Part shown: in pieces, positions 40,040-50,747 of the stretch
Numbering within the stretch: position 1 is the first letter of the stretch
Layout of the letters: each line of letters begins with the position of its first letter
DNA from: Psilocybe cubensis
Lineage: Eukaryota
Direction: 5' to 3'
DNA length: 64,000 nucleotides
Assembly: GCA_017499595.2 (NCBI GenBank)
Contig: CM039000.1
Span: forward strand, 186,001-250,000
Notes under the pieces: generated by a model
Databases searched by the model: none
What the model was told of the DNA's origin: nothing
What the model saw: the letters and a program-made list of their open reading frames with translations, nothing else
Translations under genes and position numbers: made by a program

Positions 40040-40194
40040 GGACCACCTTATTGATCTAAAAATACACGTGCATTAAAAACACACACATTCCCTGTGCGTT
40101 ATTCTCGCTTTCTTACATAAACGAAAAACTTATCTTTTCTTTCCAATTGAAAAGAAAACGTTAGCAATACGAAAGAATTTCCCAATACATGATG

Positions 40195-40639
40195 AGTGCT
40201 ACTCAATTCTCTTTTTTACGATGTTGTTTAATTTTTAAAACCATGTGGAACAGTTTAGCCGACGTGCTTGGTAGTAAATTCATGTGGTGTATACTGATGG
40301 TGTGCCTTTCTGAGTTTGAATGAGCTTGAAAGCGGCCAACATGCCAACCGCAGCAACGGCGTCTTTTTTCTCTTTGCGCACATTTTCAGCTATGGCTGTC
40401 TCTCTAACGCGCGAGTACGCGCCATATTGGAAGAAATATATACGAATAGGGGGATTCTAACGAAGATGATTAGATGGCTACTGATAACTTTGAGAACGGC
40501 CGTTCGGCATGGGTATTGATAGATTCAAATACCGCCATGATGTGCACCACATGAATTTACTACCAAGCACGTCGGCTAAACTGATCCACATGGTTTTAAA
40601 AATTAAACAACATTGTAAAAAAGAGAATTGAGTAGCACT
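40195..40639. mobile_element. MITE-like element with ~95-bp TIRs
   Basis: AGTGCTACTCAATTCTCTTTTTTACGATGTTGTTTAATTTTTAAAACCATGTGG...CATGTGGTG versus its reverse complement at ~40545-40639. No TSD detected. Confidence 0.8.
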
Positions 40640-40684
40640 TTTAGAATTGAGAAGGACTATGGCTTGCAATCCTGTGTCGTTGGA

Positions 40685-42030
40685 TATTTAACGGAATGCA
40701 AACTTGCTGGGCAGAGCGAAGCTGAGCGGTGATTAAATGTTTGATCCGTCGAGATCATGACTCATTCGCATTCTGTCATGCGACGATCCTTAACCGATTG
40801 GTTCAGTCACCAATTTGACAATCCGGGGTCACCGACGTTCTAAAGTGTTTCAACGCTCGCTTCAACACAAGCTGTGTCTGGTTCATCTAGGGTGAGTCTA
40901 AGGCGCATTTTTGAATTGACAATGAACCAACGGACCATTGTAGATTCGATGTTGAGGTCGAAAGGGCGGTAAGTACATATCGAATTGACCTGTACTTTTG
41001 AACGAAGTATAGAATACACAAACTTGAAGACATTCCATGGTGTAGCATGCATCAAATTTCTCACTTCACTCAAAAAACCTTCTGCGTGGCCGAAGCTAAC
41101 AGAGTTTCACAACAGTAAGCACAGCGTTCGGTCTGACCAGTCCGTCAAAGAAGTATCTACTAATGTTCGCTAGTCAAATGGACGTTGTGTGCTCCCTTCG
41201 GTGGATGTAATTTACCTGAGTAAGGCGGACAGACATGACCGCTTTTCACTCAAACCCGACGATCCGTTACGCTCGCAGAATTATAGAGCTGTGGGGTGTG
41301 CCCACCATCGACATATAAAAGGTGGAGTATGCAAGTCGTAGAATCATCATCCAGCTCAAGCATCAGCACCATCAAGCTTTCGATCTTCCAACACCCAAAA
41401 CACTCTTCTTAACTCAACAATGAAGTTTGCCATCTCCGCCGCTGTCCTCTCCTTTGTTGGTCTTGCTTCTGCCACCAGTATCGCTGCTCGCCAGAGCTGC
41501 CCACAAGCCACGAGGTTCGGCATTCCCAGTGTGACTCCATCGACCGTTAGTGCAGGAGATGTGAGTTTTACTGTGGTCATTTATCATATTGCCGTCCTTA
41601 CTGAATTTGCATATCTAGTCTATCAGCATCACTGTCGACCTCACCTGTGGAGTAACACGCTTTGGAATCGTGCCAGAGTTCCTCGATTACTCCATTGAGG
41701 TGCCAGCTGAGTTCAACAATGGATTCCAGCAAGCTATAATTCTCGCCCGTCGCGCCATCCCCGCCGGAGCTTTGTCAGATTCTTTCACGACCACAGTAAG
41801 TCGTGTCCTATAGGAATAAACATCAAGGCTGATCCTGTTGTTCTAGGTTCCTCACGGATACTTTGTTGCCAACTCCCCATACAATGTTGTCGTGACTAAT
41901 ATTTACAACATCAACGGCACGGATGGAAGCCCCGTCCTCGTGAAGGGAGGTGTCCTCCAGCCTATCACAATCAATGTATGATTTGAAATGGGTCATTTGG
42001 ACCACGGACCACGGACTTTTGCGATAATTC
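40685..42030 (+). repeat. Right arm of ~1.37-kb inverted duplication (partner 31875-33250)
   Basis: Reverse complement of the left arm, covering SSP gene B and its upstream region. Confidence 0.92.
41420..41981 (+). CDS. Small secreted 2-Cys protein, family copy B
   Basis: Nearly identical protein to copy A. Introns ~41561-41618 and ~41796-41846. TATAAAAGGTGG at ~41314. Confidence 0.9.
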
Positions 42031-42499
42031 AATACACATATTTGATTGCATTTATTGTTAATACATTTTGGCATATAAATTTAATTATTTCATACAATTG
42101 GACAAATCGTACACTGATATTTGCACCTTTTGACTTAGATTCTCATCCACAAGTACGATTCAGTATATTCAAAATGAAGTTACATTTGAACGGATAAGCA
42201 ATTTACTCGAATGGGCTCATTGCTCACTTATGTGATTGCACATCCACTATCTTCATAATAATGCCATCGCATCGAAGTCAAAACCTTGGAGAATAAGCCT
42301 GGTTATTATATTCTCAAAGATGCCGGCGAGGCCAAGTGTGGTCCGCTCAAGTAAATGTTGTGATTCTGGGTCCCCCGCCGGACGTATCAGTGCTGTGAAT
42401 TTGATAACATATTTCACCCTCTGCATAACCTGTCGTCCAAAGGTTTCAGCCCATCTATACTCATCAAAGAATTTCGAGAAAAGTGGCTTTCTTCCATTT

Positions 42500-43085
42500 C
42501 TGAAATTTATCATCTCCGCTGCCCTTGTCTCCCTCGCTGGCGTCGCGTCAGCCGCAGGTATTTCACTTGAAAGTCGCCAGAGATGCCCACAGGCAACACG
42601 CTTTGGCGTCGACTGTGTAACACACAGACTGTCAGTGCAGGAGACACAAGCATTTTTCATCAAGTTAGCACATCTCACACCGTGAGTGCACTTTGCCTCT
42701 ACGTTCAGTAACGATCGACATTGACCTGATGTGCGGAGTGTGTAACTTGGGAATCGCGCCGAATCTCATGGACTATATGCTTGAGGTGCCTGTGAAGTTC
42801 AAAAACGGCTTTGAGCAGCCCATCGTGCTTGCTCGACGCACTGTAGCACTTGAATCCCTCTCTGACGTTCACGTTCATAGCCATGGTAAGCCCTGGTTCT
42901 CAATATATACAATGATTAGTAGACGTTCACATTCATGGGTGTCTGGAGTAATTTTGTAGATCCCACATTGTTTCTTCCTCGCTGGCGCGCCTTACAATCT
43001 TGTTGTGACCAACATGTAAAACATCATGGGGAAGGCAGTCCTGTGGTTGTGAAGTGTTCTCCATCCTATCACCATCAATGTCTGA
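42500..43085 (+). pseudogene. Pseudogene of the small secreted protein family (copy C)
   Basis: Start codon is CTG (LKFIISAALVSLAGVASA). RQRCPQATRFG, DLMCG, DYMLEVP..KNGFEQPIVLARR and GSPVVVK are retained, but there are frameshifts and the intron-1 donor is lost. Confidence 0.85.
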
Positions 43086-44129
43086 TGGGGCCAAGCAGTC
43101 GCTGGATTTCAGAGTAATGGCCGTTCAACTGCAGATATATTATACCGTTGTAAAAATAACTACTGATGTGTTTTCTTTGTTAAACAAACATCCCTGACGA
43201 AGAGCAAGGGTCAAAGTAGAGTACATAACAGTTGATAATCGAGTGGCTGTCTTCATTACCGGTAAAGTCAGTCATATCACATATTACGTGAGTTTTTGTG
43301 GTATTATATCTTCCAATTTCGGTGAAGGAGATAGTTAAAGAAGTTCACTGAGGTCTAAGTGCTATAGCTCTAAGCTTGATGACGGTGAGCGTCTCCTTCT
43401 CACAAGAAAATGATCGTGCGTCCGGAAACTTACGAGTCCGCCGATTCTTATCCACGGGGCGCTCGTTTAGTTACTCTTTTGTGCACGTTATACCATCATC
43501 GAACTCCATCTAGAGCAATCTCCAGTAACCTTAAATGACAAGCGGGACAAGCTATGGCTAAGGCAGATAAAGCAAATTTGATAAATCTCTTCTTCTCTTT
43601 GTAATTTGTATCGATTATGGACATGTGTGCTTGTCCGTTTCCAAAAAGAGCGTACAATTGAGCCCTTGTATCATCCACTAGCATGCATGACGGAAGAGTG
43701 GACCGACTGAGGGAATGAACCTCAGGTACATTCTCCTCGATAATCAATACTTCTCCCGCTGTCCATCGCTCAACTTGTCTACCTTGGAGACGATGGCGTC
43801 AACCAACCTGTCTAGAGCACTATTATCTAACCAAACAACTTCGCATAGTTATTAATAAAACGACAGTCTTCCAATACCCATCGGCTAGGTTCGACAACAA
43901 CCACGAGAATTTGGTAAAAATGGCTTATGTTTGACGCCATTGTCTTGGCATTCATCTGCCCCTGTACTTCCCGCCGGAAGCATGAAAGCAGGTTTCTATA
44001 AACAAAACGACGGTGAATAGGATATAAGTTCAAACTATCGAATGATAGTCCTTAGATGCTGTTGATATCACAAGGCATCCCAAGAGAGTGAAGCTTCAGC
44101 TGCAACAGAGTCATCCTCCTCTGCTCACA

Positions 44130-46901
44130 ATGTCTCTCATCTTTACGGATCGCAGTCGCCTTATATACCCAGCTTCTGCTACATCTAGATCTTCCGCGAC
44201 AGGAACGATACAGACCCCGAAGTATGGATCAGATTCAACCGTCGACCGCAGCTTTACTTCTACACTGAGGTCTGCCTCTTCCGATTCCTTGGGTCCGCTT
44301 GATATCTCTGCAAATGCAAGGCGTCGAATCTTGGCTGGTATATGGCTTAGCCAATTTCTTTCTTCGCTCAATCGTATGTGTTCAGCCATCCATTCATCAT
44401 ATCTTGGATATGATTGACATATAATTCATTTTTGAAGTGACCCTGGTTCCAACAAGTCTGTCTCGTCTACCCTGTCAACAAGCCTCTGGAGCGCTAATCG
44501 TCTTTATTTCAGTGCTGCCTTCAATATCGTCTGAATTTCAACGAGCAAATGAAGCAAGCTGGGTGGGCACCTCGTAAGTCCTTTATTCCTAAATACCGAA
44601 TTGTTCTTCAATGATATGATAGCTATCTCCTTGCGACATGCACTTTCACACCGCTCTACGGACGACTAAGTAACGCTATGGGACGGAGAGGCGCCAATCA
44701 GTCTGCGGTCTTATTTGCGATGGTGGGAATCCTGGCATGTGGGTTTTCCAGAAGCATGTCAATGCTCATCGTCTCTCGATTCGTGAGTTGGCTACCAATG
44801 TATGTCTTTTTCCAGTTTAATTTTTTTTGTTTTATCTTAGATTTCGGGCATGGGAGGAGGTGGAATATTTACTACCTCTTCGTGAGTATTTCCTACAACT
44901 ATAGTAACCTTAATGTTCTAAGGCGATGAAATATCACAGAATCATCACTAGCGATATGTACAGTTTACGAGTAAGCTCCTTTCATCCACATACTATTGCC
45001 TCAATCGGGATTGATCGTAAACACGATGCCAGAGTAGGGGTTACATACAAAGTATAGGTGGAATTTTCTACGGAGTAAGCGGCCCATCTCCGGTGAACCA
45101 AGCAACATCTCTTAATATCAATGTTTGTAGCTTGGTATGGGACTAGGAGGTCCTATAGGCGGTCTCATAAATGACTGGTGCGTAGTGCAAAATTTTTTCA
45201 GGATCATATCTAAGATACCGTACGCACGCGATCAGGCTTGGTTGGAGATGGGCATTTCTAATCCAAGTCCCATTGTTTACCTTTTCACTGGTACTGACGA
45301 GTTGGAACTTGACGTACACCCTCCCTGTAAGCTATCACATATATAATATTCATAGAGTGGCATGTTTAACGTGTGACAGGGAACTGGTAGAAGCCCTAAA
45401 GAAATATTGCGAAGAATCGACTATGGAGGAACGTTCAGCCTCCTTGCTGCTGTACGTAGTTATCTGATTTTCCAAGTCTTTCTTTTCGTTGTTTCCTTCT
45501 ATATTAATTATTGTCACAGGTTGCTTCAGTGCTTCTATTTCTGAGTATGAGATTCAGCGAAGGCCTTCCTGTCAGTAAACATCTTATTTCCTTCCATGTG
45601 CGCCTACCCAACCATAACTTCCAATAGCTCGCAAGCCCATATGTCCATGTTCCCCTGTGTTCCGCCATATTCTTTATCATGCTTTTCCTCATCATCGAGG
45701 TTTATCTCGCGGTAGAGCCAATCCTTCCAGCATATCTCTTAACTGAGATAGTTCCGGTATTGATTGGGCTGAGCAACGCGCTGGTTGCCGTGTGTAATCT
45801 TTCAATCACCTATTTTTTCCCAATGTGGTTCCAGATTGTGGCAAAGAGCTCTGCAAGCAGTGCGGGTACGTCTATACTTCAATAACCGAAAGATATTTAT
45901 GATTGAGATTACTACTTTTATATAGGATTGCATCTCCTCCCTAACAGCGTTTGCATATCAGGTGGATCGTTCTTCGCCGGGTACATGATGCGTCGACACG
46001 CAAGATATAAGACCCTGAATGCTGTCTTTGGAATCCTTCCTTTCATAGCTGCCTTGCTTATGACTCAGATGCGGGTAACGTCGCATTGGGTACATTTGTG
46101 GTGTACTATCGTAAACCTTCCCAATTCCAATCACTACTTTTTTGCAACTAAAATGTTACGCTTGTTTACAGATGCCTCTTGGCTTTGGAAATGCCGTGGT
46201 ACTGCAGACCATGTATATTGCACTAGTCTCAAATCTTCCAGACTCACAGATGGCTGTTGGAACTGGATTTGTGCAGCTTCTGCGTGGACTAGGTAGGTAA
46301 CTTTCGTTCATGTCATATTTTGATTGATGACTGATTTTGATTTCTATTCAAGGACAAGTGGGAGGTTTGGCAGCTGCATCTGCCGTGTTCCAGTCAAGGC
46401 TCAGTATTGAGTTACACGCCCGGCTTCCCAACGTGTCGGAAGAGGTTCGTATCCCTTATCGCGCTTGTAAGCTCAGCCTTAAAATTAATTGGCTACTTTT
46501 TTCTCACATAGTTAATCCAAAAAATTCAACATTCGTCCAAATTGGTCGAGCATTTGCCTACGGATATTCAACAAACTGCCAGAGATGCGTATGCAGCGAG
46601 TATACAGTGTGTATTCATTCTTGCGGCCTGTGCATCCTTGATGGCATATATTGTGCGCTTGCCTGTACGTTTGATCTCGATGATATATATATCAGGAGTT
46701 GGAGACTTATCTTTCCGAAAATAGATTCCGGATAAAAATCTGGCTGCCGATGAGAGGCCACCAGCGGTTTCCGAATCTAGACGAGAAAGTCAGACCTCTT
46801 GGTCGGATAACGACTCATCCTCTACGCTAGATGAAGCAGAGGTAGAAGAAGACAAAGGCTCGCGAGAGTCTAGTCACCGCCGTCGTATTGAATCTGCATA
46901 G
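44130..46901 (+). CDS. MFS transporter, DHA2/VBA-like (vacuolar basic amino acid/drug transporter type)
   Basis: LPSISSEFQRANEASWVGTSYLLATCTFTPLYGRLSNAMGRRG (motif A), GMGGGG, GLGGPIGGLIND.LGWRWAF, RIDYGG and YFFPMWFQ. Many short introns and microexons. Confidence 0.9.
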
Positions 46902-47032
46902 CCTGGGCAGTAGGTGTTAGCACCAACGTATGAAGCGATATTTGAGTTACGATTAGCTTACAAAGATGTAGCAATATAATTTTTACGCTTCCCACATGTC
47001 CTTCGTTCTCGGCACTCTATGTAGGGTGTATT

Positions 47033-47337
47033 CAAGGGGCCCTCCCCGGAGCTTACCGAGAAATCAACCCTACCCTTGAGGTCAAGGGAGTGGCTGTGTT
47101 GCTGGTGCGGCAGAGCCTGAAGCTTGAAGGCCTGACAAGTCACAAGCAAAACTGCCATTTCACACAATTATATTGTGGTTCACGTATACCTATGTGAACA
47201 TATTGTAAGCCGATAAAGCATGCACTTTCTGTCGTCAATATTTGAGGTATAATCATTGGATTGTCGCTCAACACAGCCACTCCCTTGACCTCAAGGGTAG
47301 GGTTGATTTCTCGGTAAGCTCCGGGGAGGGCCCCTTG
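47033..47337. mobile_element. MITE, 305 bp, 69-bp perfect TIR, 8-bp TSD GGTGTATT
   Basis: CAAGGGGCCCTCCCCGGAGCTTACCGAGAAATC...GGCTGTGTTG (47033-47101) and its exact reverse complement at 47269-47337. GGTGTATT at 47025-47032 and 47338-47345. Confidence 0.95.
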
Positions 47338-47761
47338 GGTGTATTTCATGCTTGGACACAGTCGCCGCCAACCTTATTTTCACAACACGTCAGATAAGGG
47401 TATCAAAAGAAGTGGGAATATTTGCATATCGTCCTCTTCAAGTTTTCACGGTAGTCAAAACTATAATTGACCATTAGGCCAGATCCGCCGACTTTGGGGT
47501 AGAAAAGATCTACTGATAGCTACAGTTGTGCTTGGGCACTCATTTATGATTTGATTCGAAGTTGGAAAGTTATCTTACAAGTCTTTCATTCTCCGCCGGT
47601 AATTCCCGCTGACCTGCGCAAAGCACGCATTGAAACGCGCATTACATTTTTTTCTTTTCATGTACGAACGCATTTATAATCCAAAAAATGCCTACTAGAC
47701 AACTAATAAACTTGGGAGCATTGTTCTACATGCGCAAGGGCAAAGAATCGACTCCTACTCA

Positions 47762-48336
47762 TCAAACGATGATTTTGATAGGTTCAAGAACACCACCTTC
47801 GACAAGAACAGGACTTCCATCGGTGCCATCGATGTTGTGGATATTAGTCAGAACAACATTGTATGGCGAATTGGCGACATAGTATCCATGAGGAATCTAC
47901 AAAAAATGCGGAGTTAACTCTCATTCACAGAACAACCGAAGCGCTGAGATATACTTACCGTGGTCGTGAATGAATCAGAGAGGGCGCCTGCGGGAATTGT
48001 ACGGCGAGCAAGGACAATTGGAGGCTGGAATCCGTTGTTGGCATTGGATGGAACCTCAATGGTGTAATCGATAAACTTCGGAATAATCTTAAAGTTCTTC
48101 ACCCCGCAGGTAAGGTCAACAGAAATGTGGATGGTCTACAGAATTAGACATGATTAACTGTCAAGTATATTTCAACGTAGCATGCAGAAACCTACATCGC
48201 CTGCTTTGACCGTCGTTGGGCTAACAGTCATGACACCAAACCGCGTGGCTTGTGGGCAGCTCTGACGACTAACAACGGTAGAGGCGGAGACAAAGCCAGC
48301 AAAAGAAAAGAGAGCGGCGGAGACAGAGAACTTCAT
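47762..48336 (-). CDS. Small secreted 2-Cys protein, family copy D
   Basis: MKFSVSAALFSFAGFVSA..SRQSCPQATRFG...DLTCGVKNF...DYTIEVPSNANNGFQPPIVLARR...GTDGSPVLVEGG, with the same two introns. Confidence 0.9.
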
Positions 48337-50747
48337 CGTTAAGTCAATGAAAAGGTTGAAGTGGCGAGTGTAAGTGGGTTGGCTGTTTCTGAGGAGAGCA
48401 GTATGCCTGGACTTTGTATCTTCAATGTAACCCACCTTTTATAATGTCTTGCCATGCGCTAATTATAGTTTCAATATCGGTCCCAATGACTTCACAAGGG
48501 CATACATGCCCGCAATTGGTACGGACACACTCAGCCAAACAACGGAGCTAGATGTTTTCCACTGTCAATTTACAGTTTAGGTAACTAGGTTCAGCAGAGA
48601 TATTAACAGCTGAACATTACTCGATGCTTCTTTTTGCCTTATGTCACTCCGAAGCAGAAAACGTCGCGTTCATTATATTGACGTTCGTTGAGGTGCGTCT
48701 CAGCCGCAACAGCAAAATAATTGCACCTCCTTCAGCACAGCCGCAGGTATTACTATGAAATATTGAGTCGAAGCAATTAATGCAAACGCTGACTGCTTCA
48801 CCAGCATTCTTACTCTCATTCAAATGCCTTTCCTGGTTTAGGGACTGTTTATGCACTACCAAAACTCACTGGTGATTACAAGGGTTTCTCGGACTCGCGT
48901 TACACGGGAGTGTGGAAACGTGCTGTCTACGAAGGACGCTAATGAAGCTTCTGACTCCTAGCTATGTCTTCATCACAGTCCGTGGCGCGCGGGCAACATT
49001 TTCGGGGCAGCTCACGTGTACTTACGTTCTAAATACTGTTGTCTTTACCTAAACCAGAGTCAGGGAAGAACCAGCAAATATGAGGTCAATTCACCCTTGA
49101 CCGAAATTCGCGGTTCTAATTGTTGTTAAGACCAAAGACATTTCACAATGTATCTCAATAAGTTATAGCTGAGCGCGTCGGTGGCGACATGAAGCCGACT
49201 TAGGCGACTACACCCACCTGGAAGCAGAGCTAGTAAACCACAAACTTTGCGGTTTAAAAATCAAAGTAAAGTACTCTACACAGCTTCCATATCATTGTAT
49301 CAAGTGTTGAAACACTGGGAAAGGGACAGAGTTGTCTTTGTGGCTATTGAAGTCCCTTTGAGAGAAAGCTGTTTCCGACTGCTCAGTGGCATCAAGTATG
49401 ATAAATAGCGCCCTTGAATCACTCAAGAAATGAATTTATGACACCAACTATGTAGCTCCGCTGCTCCCTGGGATGTTGTAGTTGGACTCGCTAATAAGAT
49501 TCAACGCTGGGCCAGCGACGCGACCATGGTCGTGAGCATGCCCTAACAGTCCACGCAGTGCACCGGATGGGATAGCACCCGCGCAAGAACCAGAATCTAG
49601 GAAGCTGTGTTGGCCGCCCGGTACACCCCCAACTACACGCTCTAAGGGATGCCCCCCATTCGCTTCTATAACATTGAACAGTGAGGTAAGCCAGCAAATA
49701 TCCTGGTGTGGCAATGGTCGCGGTTACGGTTGAGATTGCTGACTAATTTTTGGCGCGTACACCCAGCCTTTGGCATTTGCCTAGGCCCTGATATTTGTTG
49801 ACTGAGGTTTGGCGTATAACCATCAGGATCGAGACGGTAACCCCTGAGAAAGTCTTGCCATTTTGTTCGATTTCTCCGAAGATATTCCGCGTCCCAACTG
49901 CGGATACGCTAACCATGGTAGCGATAATTATAAAGAGTCAGTACGAGATAAACATTCTATAACAAGTGTAAGAAAACTGAACAATTCGTCCGTCTGTTTT
50001 CGAGGGCCAACTTTATTGGATATTTGAACCAATTATAGCTGTAGATTGCATCGAAGGGATTTTGTTGACCAATGAGACTGAATGAAGAGTAGTAATACTA
50101 ACGGTTCCAAAGAGTTGCATCCTTGCCAACTGGCAACATCCCCGACTTAGCCGCCGGTGTATGAATTCAGATGCATTGTAGATGAATTTACAGGAATTTA
50201 CGTACGCCAAAGTTATTTACATGTGACAACGTCAGGGGAGCCGTCACGCTCAACGACGAGCACCGAAGTCGTCCGACTTGCAAACCTGACAACGAACCTC
50301 CACCTTCTATCGTCCTTCGACCTGATAGACTCGCTCTAAATTGAACTCTACATATGCACACCCCCAAAATGACGCCAAAGATGCCCTTCTTAAGGTATCA
50401 AATGGCCACGTTTGGCTTTACTTGATCATCCGAACGACGTAGGATATGGTCAGCTGTTCGGCTTTGGGTGATGGGTGATTGGATATCCGTCCTTAAGCTG
50501 ACGATTTTGGGACTCGGTGTATCCTCGGAACCCCTGTAATGGTGTCTTCCCCGCACTTCTAAGCGATGGATCATGGGCGTAGAACTGCATAAATTCCCCA
50601 GTGTTTTTAGTGGTGGATCTGCCCTACAATACCCCACAAAGCGGGTCACTTCTCTCTATTCTTGCGCGAACAATCAAAGGTTTCTCTATGGCTTTTTTCA
50701 GATAATGGACGTTGCTCATATCTAGTAGGTGTACAAACATCAACAAC

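Noticed and set aside
43496-44033. Minus-strand coding-like fragments upstream of the MFS gene
   Set aside because: Interrupted by stops, so a product cannot be supported.
49448-49920. Possible small spliced minus-strand gene
   Set aside because: Splice pattern is ambiguous and there is no recognisable motif.
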